64,000 nt of DNA from Campylobacterota bacterium (GTDB lineage: Bacteria; Campylobacterota; Campylobacteria; Campylobacterales; Sulfurovaceae), in assembly GCA_034660455.1 (NCBI GenBank), contig JAYEJF010000035.1, forward strand, positions 16,436 to 80,435, given 5' to 3'. Both the position numbers and the translations under genes were made by a program. Positions 1 through 9,800 of this stretch are shown piece after piece. The first letter of the stretch is position 1, and every line of letters starts with the position of its first letter. The notes under the pieces were generated by a model, which was not told the origin of the DNA, searched no databases, and saw only the letters and a program-made list of their open reading frames with translations.

Positions 1-518
1 AAATACAAGTAAGAATCTACTATCTTATAGGTATGACTATACTCATCTAGAACCTCTGCATATCCCATCTTCACAAACTCCTTCACAATAGACTCACACG
101 CTTCAATGTCACTCATTTTAGCCTGTTGCCGTTTCATTTTGGTGATTCTCTCTTTAAGAGAGATGTTTCTCTCAAGACTCAAGGCAAGCGCTTTGACCGA
201 AATTTTTGTCCCTACACCAAAATGATTATCATACACCAACATAAATTCAACAAAAGGTATCATTTTTAAAAAGTTTTTTAACTTTTTATCATAATACTCT
301 ATGGTGGGTTCTTCATCTTTAGAAAAAAAGAAATATCCATCCCCTCTCTCAAGTACATACCCTAAATCTATGAAATAATCAGCAAGATACCTTTCATTTT
401 TCTCACATATGGCATAGAGTATTTTGTTGCTTCTCTCCACAGAAGATTCACAAATGAACTTACCCGAAGATAACACAGAAAATACTTCACCAATTTTTTT
501 ACCTAAATTTTTACCCAT
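1..518 (-). CDS. MksE/JetB-like (DUF4194-like) condensin/Wadjet accessory subunit, partial; the C-terminus lies beyond the window edge
   Basis: I checked every in-frame triplet of 1-518 on the minus strand and found no stop. The ATG at 516-518 lies 1 nt after the stop of the upstream ORF. The product MGKNLGKKIGEVFSVLSSGKFICESS..ERYLADYFIDLGYVLERGDGYFFFSKDEE..IVKEFVKMGYAEVLDEYSHTYKIV fits the remembered MksE/JetB pattern (YF..LG..L..d..GyfyF, then a C-terminal winged-helix-like segment). It is absent from the ORF track because it is truncated. Confidence 0.5.
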   Translation of the reverse strand, partial: MGKNLGKKIGEVFSVLSSGKFICESSVERSNKILYAICEKNERYLADYFIDLGYVLERGDGYFFFSKDEEPTIEYYDKKLKNFLKMIPFVEFMLVYDNHFGVGTKISVKALALSLERNISLKERITKMKRQQAKMSDIEACESIVKEFVKMGYAEVLDEYSHTYKIVDSYLY

Positions 519-519
519 T

Positions 520-1716
520 TTACTCTCTTTGCTTATTATAAATGTCTAATACTCTGTAGTTCTCATACATTTTATAGTGTTCAGTGTACTCATACTCTTG
601 TTCAAAAAGTGTGATCATTTGAGCATAGATCAATAATTTCTCCTCTAAGGTCAATCCTCTCTTATAGCGTTTATTGTCTAAAAACGTAAACAGATCAAGA
701 TTTGTTCCCTTAAAGGCTCTTTGAAGTGCATATTGGTCTACCTCGTTTGAGTATTCGACCATTGCATTCAGAACATTTTCATCTACCTTGGGTGCTTTTT
801 TGATCGCTTTTTCACTTAGGAGACTCGCATCTATGCTATTTTTAACCCGCGACTCAAAGACATCGGAGTAATAGTCCAACACATCCAACGAGAGTTGTGT
901 TTTAAAACTTTTCTCTTTTTCAATAAAAAGTTTTTTATATCTATCCTCCTGAATAAGCAATTCTATATCTGTTCTCTGTTTAATCTCTTGATTTTTAATC
1001 ATCCCCTGAAGCTTTAACACTTTTTCAAAAAAAGCTCTTTTACGTTGCGCTTTATTGATGTATTCAATCACAATCTGCTGAAGTTCGACCAAGGAGACTC
1101 TAAGCTCTCTAAGTGTTTGGGCCAATAGATAAAATAGATGTAGTAACTCTTGATTATGTGCCTTTGCGAAAAATGCCAACTCTCGTATAATGACCCGATC
1201 GATCTCTTTTTCAGCCACAATAAGTTTTTCAATTTTTTCTCTGTATCGATTGAGTTCAATAATTTTTTCACTGTTATTGGTTTGCGTCGTATACTCAAGC
1301 GTTACCCTCTCACTAATCACTTTAAAACTTTGCTTCACTGTTTTGTTAATTCTTAACAGTATTCTTTTGATGGCCCTAAGATACTCTTTTTGTTTATGGA
1401 GTAAGGCTTTATTTTTATAATCAGAAATTTTCTCTTGTAAATACTCCAACTCTTCATCAATGACGCGAATCTCTACCCGTCTGTTTGTCTCTAACATGTT
1501 TTCTAAAAATAGAGTGAGTGTATCATTCAGCATAAAAGGCTCTTCATCCATGCTAAGAATGCCCACATTGACAAGGTATTCGATTTTATCTGTAAGATCT
1601 GCATCTGAAGAGAGATCATGTAGATAAATGTCCCTATCTCTTTTCTCAAAAAGCTCTTCAATGAGATTTTTATTTTTATACAAAATAGTTAGAAGTTCCG
1701 CCGTATTGACTACCAT
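520..1716 (-). CDS. coiled-coil cytoplasmic protein; candidate MksF/JetA-like kleisin partner of the downstream MksE-like gene (by synteny only)
   Basis: The track ORF 520-1725 starts at a TTG. The ATG at 1714-1716, preceded by AAAGGA, is the more likely start. The protein is charged, heptad-rich and has no TM segment. Its stop at 520-522 is 1 nt from the next ATG. A TATAAT lies upstream on the minus strand. Confidence 0.35.
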   Translation of the reverse strand: MVVNTAELLTILYKNKNLIEELFEKRDRDIYLHDLSSDADLTDKIEYLVNVGILSMDEEPFMLNDTLTLFLENMLETNRRVEIRVIDEELEYLQEKISDYKNKALLHKQKEYLRAIKRILLRINKTVKQSFKVISERVTLEYTTQTNNSEKIIELNRYREKIEKLIVAEKEIDRVIIRELAFFAKAHNQELLHLFYLLAQTLRELRVSLVELQQIVIEYINKAQRKRAFFEKVLKLQGMIKNQEIKQRTDIELLIQEDRYKKLFIEKEKSFKTQLSLDVLDYYSDVFESRVKNSIDASLLSEKAIKKAPKVDENVLNAMVEYSNEVDQYALQRAFKGTNLDLFTFLDNKRYKRGLTLEEKLLIYAQMITLFEQEYEYTEHYKMYENYRVLDIYNKQRE

Positions 1717-1828
1717 CTCACACAAATCCTTTTCAATATAACTTTATCATTATAAATATTACCATCTTATTCATCTCATTGCAAAGTTTGTCTATTTAGT
1801 TAGTGGTAATATAAAAAACACCCCTACC

Positions 1829-4800
1829 TTATTTCGTCTCACTTGTTAATTTCAATAGTCTCTTTAAACTACTAAATATCTTTTCATTCGGTAAAAAATT
1901 ATAGTAGTTGTCATTCCCACTATGATGCCATACGATATTCGCAAAAAAGTTGCTCTCATCTGTTTCAATGCGATGTTTTAAACCCAATTCAAGTTCCAGT
2001 CGTTTTGTATCAAAGAACTTCTCATATCGTACCTTGCCTCCGATATCAGAAATAGTATACTTCTCCGGTCTGTGCCTGTCTTCAGAGTAATATCGATTTT
2101 CATAAAATAGATTTAAATCAAAGGGTGAAACATGATGATAGAGTGAAAAACGATTTTTGACATAGTCCAATGTATTTAACGATTCGTTTGACGTTAACTG
2201 TAATCCATAGGTAAACATTAAATCATTTTTCGGATAATAGCTCAGTGCATATATCCCATGCATACCATATTGATGATTTTTTTTATATTTACTATAGACC
2301 AAGGGGTCAACAATTCCATCCTCTATCGGGTCTCCACGCATGAAATTTCTAAAGAAACGTAGCCCATATTTATGTATCAAATTTTCAGATAGAGGTTCTT
2401 TTTTGAACAATTCAGCGGATGCATAAATGTTTGTGTGCTCTTCTCTTTCTGTCCCCTGAGCATATCCATTTAACTCCGCACTCAACCACAAATCCTCAAA
2501 AGGAACTCTTGTATACAATTTATTTTTGATAGCATACATCGGGTTGTCATAGAAACGTACAAAAAGATGCTGCTTCAAATAGCGCTCATTGTCCATCTTC
2601 CATCTATGATAAACACCCAGCTCTGGTATCGCTTCAGAGCTACTCTCCACATTATCATCAGAGTAGAGGTCAACACTTTTATACCCCAATTCAAAACTCC
2701 ATGTAGAATCCAGTGACTCCCTGTTGGGAGATCTGTTTTTCACTAAAATGACTTCGAGCTTTCTCATACTAAATACATCTTCTGCAAAAACACCCTGAGT
2801 CTGGGGGTACCTTTCAGGCTGTTCTAGCTTACGCTTCAAAGGATTGAACTTCATTTCAAAAAAACGCATCAAACTCTCCTCTCCTACGGAAGAGATAAAT
2901 GACTCCCGATAAATCTTTTTGTGGGGTAAGTACCTGTAGTGTGTGATTAACTCTCCTGTTGAACTTTTTTCATCAATACGAAGTAACTTGGGTCCTTTTA
3001 ATGTCAGTTGTATTGGTTTTGTCTTTGTCGAGATGAATGAGCGCTGCGTCAAATCTTGCTCTACACGTTTACCGTTTTCATACAAATTAATTCCCAAATA
3101 GTGCGTTGAGAGAGGGGAAATAGTGTTGACCCTGATGCTATGTGCACCTTTGGCTAAAGAGAACTTCTTTACATAGCGCTTCGTGGTTTTATCAAGTATC
3201 ACAGAGAAAGGTTCATTTTCATCAACCTGTACTTCAAAATGTAATGCTTCATAAGGAAAATAATCCGGATGGATCTGTTGTACTTCAAATGTTATATTTC
3301 GAGATCCTTCAAGGTGAAATATCCGACTATCATTACCGTATAATACCGTATGGAAACCTTCTATATTATGTAGCAGTGTTGATCGGGATCTTTGGGTCAC
3401 GGAGACCGGGTTCCATGCAGATACTTTTTCATTAAAATAGCCCATTTCAGAATTTACGGAAACATATTTTTCAAAACTGCTGTATTCGCGTATGATGTCA
3501 AATATCTTCTTTGTATAGCGATCCGTATCAAGATGATTCAAACTATGTGCCTTGGCTTGTGCATGATAGATATCATCTTCGTTACCAAATTCATACTCCC
3601 ATAACAAGGAACTTGCATACGCGAGATTTGCTCCCTCTTTAATCTGGCTAGACCTCTGATAGTTATCAGGGATGTGCAGTAATTGCTCATCGAGTGGTTG
3701 AATCACTTCATCACCTATATCTTTCCTCTCAAGACCAATTAAAAAAGGTTCATCATAGCCATATATCAGCAGTGTATGGTTTCCTTCTCCCAACATCAGT
3801 TCTAGCCTATTATTGATACTGATTGCTCTATTCTCATTGAGGTCTTCAAGTAGAGGGGATATTTTCGTATGCACTACAGGAAAATAGTACTCTTTTTGAT
3901 TGTGGATGATTTTCATCCACCTGTAGCGATCGACTTGTGACATAAAGCGGATATCTAGTCCCAACACGCTTGGTCCTTCTACTTCAATGTGCAAGGGTTG
4001 TTTTAAGGTTGCTTTATGGTGTGTAAATGCTAAGTCCCTGTTTTGCGCATAGATCTCTGAAGCTCCGGCACTATTGTTCACTTTAATATCATTTTTCCAA
4101 ACATTGTTTGTGTAGCTTCTCTTTTGAAGAAGGGTCTGCTTTTGGCGCAAAAGGGCATCATTATCAAAAAGAGTATCATTATCAAAAGTTCTCTTAGGAT
4201 CTATCATCTTCTCGTAGAACTTAAATCTATTTTCTAGCAGTGCCAATGAATGGAGTAGCTCTGTATCGCGTCTACCCCTATCCATCAGCAGCACTATATC
4301 CAATGCAAAGCGGTATTGCCCTTCACGATAAAGAAGCTGTGCCATTTCTCCTAGTGTATCACTATCTGCTGTCTTGTAAAAATATGCTGCAAACCATTTT
4401 AGCCTCTCTTTACTATTTTCAGAAAGATCCAGCAAGATATCTAAAGCCTCTTTTATCACTTGCTTATCATCACTTAGCATCAAAGCATGTATAGCGATTT
4501 GCTCTAGTGTAAACTTCTCCTGATACTGTTTATGCTCTGCAAGAAGTTGTAACATATCCTTGTGATGCAGCTTATCTATATCTATCCTTTTGTTTATCTG
4601 CTCTATTTGCGCATTAAACCACAGACGTAAAGGGTGTGTATGTTCATACCAGGGATCAAATATTTTATTCTCAACTATTTTCGTATCAAGTGTTTTTGCA
4701 AATTTTGCATCACTTCCTGGGTAGTTATCGGTCCATGCAAATAGTGTGTCCCTATAGATACTTTTATCACGCATTTTTAACGTGACTTTGTAAGAATCTG

Positions 4801-6781
4801 TCTCAAGAGGACGGGAAAAACGGATTTTTTTCGTACCTTTAGGCACAATGACCTTGATAGTGGCACTATTTTTGTAAAAATGGTAATCATGAGATGCGTT
4901 GATTACCGAAAGTATCTTTTCTGAATCAAAACCTTCCCTGTTCTTTAAGTGCTCATATGCATAGGCTCCATGACTAAATGCTGAAGATAAAAAATATTCA
5001 TCCGGTTCAAAAAGGTACGTTTGACGATCTTGTCCATTGATATCTACAAAAAGTACTTTGCTGCTATTCCCCTCTGCTAAGAGGGTAATCTCAAACTCTC
5101 TTTCCTCCTCCAAAGGCTTGCTAAACGAGTACTCAAGATGCTTAGAAGCCTCTATCGTTTTAGACGCTTCTATACGGATCACTTCAAAACCATGTTCATA
5201 TAAAGGCTTAGTTTCTGGAACAATTTCTATAAAATCAGAGGATATCCCCTGTGCTATCAAGCTCTTTTGAATCTTCATACAAACAGTCGACTCCTCTGTG
5301 ACATTGTCCACCCTAGCTGTACAACCCAAAAGGCTTATCTTGCTATATCCTCTAAGTTCCTCTATGATGTGAGCCACCTGACTCTCAAGTGTTTTCTCAT
5401 CATCGGGATCCAAAGGATCCCTATAGATTTTTTTTACGCTATGTGTATAGTTTACATCCCAAGCATTGTAAATTTCTTCAGGGACTTCCGTAAACACCCC
5501 CTTGCCTATCTTCGAAATTTCGCTTAAAAAATGCGCTTCAGATAAAACGTCTATGAACGCTTTTCGAGAATCCAAATAGAGTTTATAAGGAGCGTAGTAG
5601 CTGTGTTCAAATGCGTATCCCCTTTCTTTTATATCCTGATAGGGATGTAAAACTTCACCACCCTTCTCTTTCAAACTATACATAGGCAACATATCAGGCA
5701 GCCTAGTGGGATAAAGCTGTTTCATAAACGTACTTCGTTTTGCTGCACTTTGGAGATTCTTCTTTTGGAAAGAGTCTTGTATGGAATCTTTGTTTGAGCA
5801 TATCGCATATAAGCGTTGAAGACCATCTCCTCTTCTGGAGTTTTTCCAAATAGGTTGATTTATCTCTTCAAAATTGTTCTTAAAGTGCCAACTTAGATTC
5901 GTATCATTGGTAGGGTTGAAAAGATCATCGTTATACACCTCAGCTTTTAATAAAATCTCTCCATGGGTCTTGATGGTAACATTGTTTTCAGTATCATTCA
6001 AAGGGAGATAATGTATCGTCTCTTCACTAACTAGCATCTTTACACTCTCATTGATATAACTGTTTGAACCAGAGTTTAAAGATTCAAGGTTTTGCTCTTC
6101 CCCCTCATTCATCTGTAAAGAGATTCGTTTTCTCAAAGCTCTGACATCATCAAAACTATTCCTAGTTTCTCTCATACGCAAGATTAGCGTACCCGGTCCC
6201 TTGACCTGAATATTAAAATGACTCCGCATATCGAAATAATCATAGCGTTTTGTTGTCAAAGAGGGGAATGAGACCACTTCCTTTTCTTCACCCGGCAAGT
6301 TGAGTTCTTCACTCCTGTATCGGTTAAGCGGAGAGTCGTTATACGTGGTAAACAATGTCACATTCGCATCTAGGTCTGTCAATATCTTTATTGCACAAAT
6401 GTCATTAAATCTATTGAGATATCTATAGGTATCCTCCTCAAAAGAATCAAACCCTGTTTGATGAAAAAGACGTCCGTCAACGGATCTTTCTATTGAGAAG
6501 TGTGCCTTATTATTGTCTGTTTTGACAAATAAGGTCTCATGAGGCTTGATCAAAACCCGTATGGGAACGCCTGAAGTGAGACGATAACTCTCGTGAGCAT
6601 TCTCTACTGCATATTTGATCTGTTTTTCAGGAAGAGGAATAATAGAAAAATGCTCTCCATGCAATTGCTTGGTATTCAGTACGACAAAGGGGTTGACATT
6701 TGCATAAAGCACACTTATAGAAAAAATAACATAAATAAAAACTCTCACTTTTAACACATACCTTTCTTGATTATATAACAA
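1829..6781 (-). CDS. 1650-aa secreted/outer-membrane candidate with a signal peptide, repeated beta-rich modules, a helical TPR-like block and a beta-barrel-like C-terminus; last gene of the PGA-synthase-like operon
   Basis: The track start is a TTG. A GTG at 6755-6757 preceded by AAAGG gives VLKVRVFIYVIFSISVLYA/NVNP, a typical signal peptide. The motif [IV]x[VL]xGPxxLxL recurs three times (IQVKGPGTLILRM, IEVEGPSVLGLDI, LTLKGPKLLRIDE). A helical block reads ALDILLDLSENSKERLKWFAAYFYKTADSDTLGEMAQLLYREGQYRFALDIVLL. The last roughly 330 aa alternate aromatic and polar residues (LGYKSVDLY.., YGLRFFRNF.., LELELGLKHRIE.., FFANIVWHH), as in OM barrels. Confidence 0.45.
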   Translation of the reverse strand: MLYNQERYVLKVRVFIYVIFSISVLYANVNPFVVLNTKQLHGEHFSIIPLPEKQIKYAVENAHESYRLTSGVPIRVLIKPHETLFVKTDNNKAHFSIERSVDGRLFHQTGFDSFEEDTYRYLNRFNDICAIKILTDLDANVTLFTTYNDSPLNRYRSEELNLPGEEKEVVSFPSLTTKRYDYFDMRSHFNIQVKGPGTLILRMRETRNSFDDVRALRKRISLQMNEGEEQNLESLNSGSNSYINESVKMLVSEETIHYLPLNDTENNVTIKTHGEILLKAEVYNDDLFNPTNDTNLSWHFKNNFEEINQPIWKNSRRGDGLQRLYAICSNKDSIQDSFQKKNLQSAAKRSTFMKQLYPTRLPDMLPMYSLKEKGGEVLHPYQDIKERGYAFEHSYYAPYKLYLDSRKAFIDVLSEAHFLSEISKIGKGVFTEVPEEIYNAWDVNYTHSVKKIYRDPLDPDDEKTLESQVAHIIEELRGYSKISLLGCTARVDNVTEESTVCMKIQKSLIAQGISSDFIEIVPETKPLYEHGFEVIRIEASKTIEASKHLEYSFSKPLEEEREFEITLLAEGNSSKVLFVDINGQDRQTYLFEPDEYFLSSAFSHGAYAYEHLKNREGFDSEKILSVINASHDYHFYKNSATIKVIVPKGTKKIRFSRPLETDSYKVTLKMRDKSIYRDTLFAWTDNYPGSDAKFAKTLDTKIVENKIFDPWYEHTHPLRLWFNAQIEQINKRIDIDKLHHKDMLQLLAEHKQYQEKFTLEQIAIHALMLSDDKQVIKEALDILLDLSENSKERLKWFAAYFYKTADSDTLGEMAQLLYREGQYRFALDIVLLMDRGRRDTELLHSLALLENRFKFYEKMIDPKRTFDNDTLFDNDALLRQKQTLLQKRSYTNNVWKNDIKVNNSAGASEIYAQNRDLAFTHHKATLKQPLHIEVEGPSVLGLDIRFMSQVDRYRWMKIIHNQKEYYFPVVHTKISPLLEDLNENRAISINNRLELMLGEGNHTLLIYGYDEPFLIGLERKDIGDEVIQPLDEQLLHIPDNYQRSSQIKEGANLAYASSLLWEYEFGNEDDIYHAQAKAHSLNHLDTDRYTKKIFDIIREYSSFEKYVSVNSEMGYFNEKVSAWNPVSVTQRSRSTLLHNIEGFHTVLYGNDSRIFHLEGSRNITFEVQQIHPDYFPYEALHFEVQVDENEPFSVILDKTTKRYVKKFSLAKGAHSIRVNTISPLSTHYLGINLYENGKRVEQDLTQRSFISTKTKPIQLTLKGPKLLRIDEKSSTGELITHYRYLPHKKIYRESFISSVGEESLMRFFEMKFNPLKRKLEQPERYPQTQGVFAEDVFSMRKLEVILVKNRSPNRESLDSTWSFELGYKSVDLYSDDNVESSSEAIPELGVYHRWKMDNERYLKQHLFVRFYDNPMYAIKNKLYTRVPFEDLWLSAELNGYAQGTEREEHTNIYASAELFKKEPLSENLIHKYGLRFFRNFMRGDPIEDGIVDPLVYSKYKKNHQYGMHGIYALSYYPKNDLMFTYGLQLTSNESLNTLDYVKNRFSLYHHVSPFDLNLFYENRYYSEDRHRPEKYTISDIGGKVRYEKFFDTKRLELELGLKHRIETDESNFFANIVWHHSGNDNYYNFLPNEKIFSSLKRLLKLTSETK

Positions 6782-6834
6782 ACGATCTCATATTTTTCAT
6801 ACACATCTCTCTCTTTTGGATATCCTCATCCTCA

Positions 6835-9800
6835 CTACTTTAACTTAGCGTTAAATAACCACCCTCCTTTCTGCCTTGTCGTTATCTTTTTAAGTTCAGC
6901 AGAAGCTTTTTTATGACTGATATGATGATTTGCCAAATCTCTATAGATCGTGTTGGCTTTCTTTCTCCTCTTCACTGCATCTCCTGCATCCAAAAAAGCT
7001 TCTAATACCTCTATGGATCTCTGTTTTAGCCAAGTGAATCTGCTTATTTTGATTTTTTTCTCCTTTTTGGCATGGGAGGTCTCTTTATTCTCAAGTCTCT
7101 TTTCAATATACTGAATCTGGGCTTGCAGGTACTCATTTTGTGTCACAATCGCTTCTTTTGAAAATTGAAGCGTCTGCTGAACCAGCTCTTCTGTCAAAAT
7201 GTTATGATGATCAAATGCTGCAAGAGAATCAATCGCTTGGTGGATTTTTTTGGAATCACCGCTAAGAATAGTATGACAGAACTCAAAGCACTTCTCCCAT
7301 TCTACCCATTGATAGGCAAAATCCAGTCCTGTACCTTTAATATTTTGCATCCCTATGATTCTGTTATGCTTCCCAGGCAGTGTAATATGATAGATTTCCT
7401 CAATTACCTCATTTCCATTGGCATAATACTCTTCCACAACATCTATCTTTTTATCTATCCATTTCCATATATACTCCCTCAAATGCACATTAAGCTTTTC
7501 TACGTTCTCCTTTTGAGATATCTTGGATACTATATTTTTATAATCGCTATACTGTTCAATCAACTCTTTATAAAACGATAGACTCTCTTGTTCTGTTTGC
7601 AGCAACTCTTCTAAAACGTCCAAATTATCAAAGTTTTCCAGAACCTCATCTTGAAGTACAGATGTTAAACCCGAGGACTTCAACATAATTTCAAGATTGT
7701 CTCTCAGCTGTTGGGTATTTCTTATAAGACGGTACTTTTTAGCATACTGAAGCAATTTATCCGTGCTGCTTTCATCCTCGCTCACTGCCAAGGAAAGTTT
7801 ACTTTTATAATTTTCCCAGGACTCCTCAAGATAGTTTTGAAAACCTGATAGGTTAGAACCTATCAATAGATATTTATCCGCAACGATATCCTCAATGACC
7901 ATTGATGCAAATACACGGGATCTGGCGACTCTATCAGCCCTATTATTGATGACAGCGGTAATCATCATTTCCGGTTCAGATTCATCACTGATATTCTCTA
8001 AACCCATACGTTTCCAGTTACCAAGTGCTCCAAAACGCTCATTAGCACTCATTCCGTTGATGAAACCAAGTGTTTTACTCCCAATATGTGCAGGAGGATA
8101 GTCCTTGAGAACCCCTAAATCGGGTACAATATGATCAGCCATTATTTTAAGTGCTTCATCCTCATCAATCTCTAACTCCTGCGCAACGCCTAATACCAAA
8201 GCAATATTACTAGGGTGCTCCTCATAAGGAAAGCGGGAGAGGATATCAGGTGCTATCAAGCCTGCTTTAAGCCAACCTTTTTGATGATAACTCGTATCTA
8301 CATGCCTAGCATGTTCTTTCAAAATAGGAGACATAATCTCTTCGGTAGAAACCAAAATTGAATTTGGAGGTATAAAGTTTGTCATCACCTGCGGTATATT
8401 GATCCCGGCTGGTCCCTGAAGATCCTCATGATCAGGGTAGGTATTGGTAATCGTGGCGATATCATCAAGCATCCAACGCTGTTGCAATATATTTACATAC
8501 TCAGGTGTAAGCCCCATACTCTCCCATAGATAAATATCCACATCCAATCGCTCTGCCATCAACACCGTATTGGCCTGTTCCCATATCGTAGCTTTGTCAT
8601 ACGGTCGGAAGAGATACATCTCCAGCATTGGCTCAAAACTCTCAGAATGAAGGAACATTGCTTCATTTCCAGTTGTCTTAGAGAACACCCTGTATCCTAA
8701 ACCGTTAAACAAGGCTGCTTTGAGTCTCTCTGTCCCGGATTTTCCACGGGTTCCCCATCCTCCGATAGATAACGGTATGCGTTTTCTTGCATGCTTAATC
8801 TTAAATGAGAGTATCACATGCCGGAGAAAGAACATACTGAAAATACCAATGATAAATATCATCAGGTCACTTAGGGTATTTTCATATGCAGAAAGAAAAT
8901 ACCTTCCGATTGATTCCTGAACATCTATCGGTAAAAACGGCAATGGAAGTGCAAGAGAAAAAAACTTCCTTGTGCTTTTGTCCTCTTTGACATAAGGCTG
9001 ATAGGCTACTTTAAATCCAAGATCACGCATGGCATTGATATATGAAGAGGGTGCTTCACCGGAATTTGTTCTCCAATTACGCAGTCTAGCAATATTTTCA
9101 AAATGAAGAGTAAGCTTCCATGATGCTTTAAAGCGTCTCCAAACTCCTTTTGGCGGCTCTATTGTTGTAATACCATCACTCGTATAAAGGATATATGGGT
9201 ATATTTTGAGAGTGGATTGCCTTAAAGATGAAAGAAAATGGTCAGGGAGAGGTACAAATGGCCTTGCACTCTCTTCTTCAGGTATATAATAAGGCTCTCC
9301 GGGTACTTTTGTAGGTGCCTGCTCGGCCATAATGGCAGATGGAAAATGGTAGGTTCCCTCATAAACCCTGGCAATCGTATGCAAGAATGCCTCTCTTTTG
9401 TCAGAGGAAGGATGCATAAACTCGTACCATATCCTCCATCCTCTACGTTTAAATTTTTCAGAACGTTGAATTAACATTCTATGAGTCAGTGTATATCGAA
9501 TTTCCAAAGAAAAATCATCTTGTGCCACAATTGAAAGCATACGAAAAAGTTCTCCTTCATTGACTTCATAAAACTCTTTTGCTAATAATTTTGCATGACC
9601 GACCTTAATAGTTTGAATAAAGCGTTGCAGCCTTGTATAAACCATAAGACGTTCATCATCAAAGCTAAGCCAAATCACTTCACGTGCCATTGCTGCATAA
9701 CGTTTAACGGCAATATTTGCATCCGTATTGATCAGTGCTTCTATCCGCTGAAAGCTGTCATGCATAAAGTACTTGTCTACATCCGTTTTTTCTCTTGAAA

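Noticed and set aside
7165-7581. A 138-aa plus-strand ORF, together with the many 60-95-aa ORFs antisense to the six giant operon genes
   Set aside because: All lie inside long intact minus-strand ORFs with recognisable domains. Their Ile/Phe/Leu-rich translations are typical of AT-rich antisense frames.
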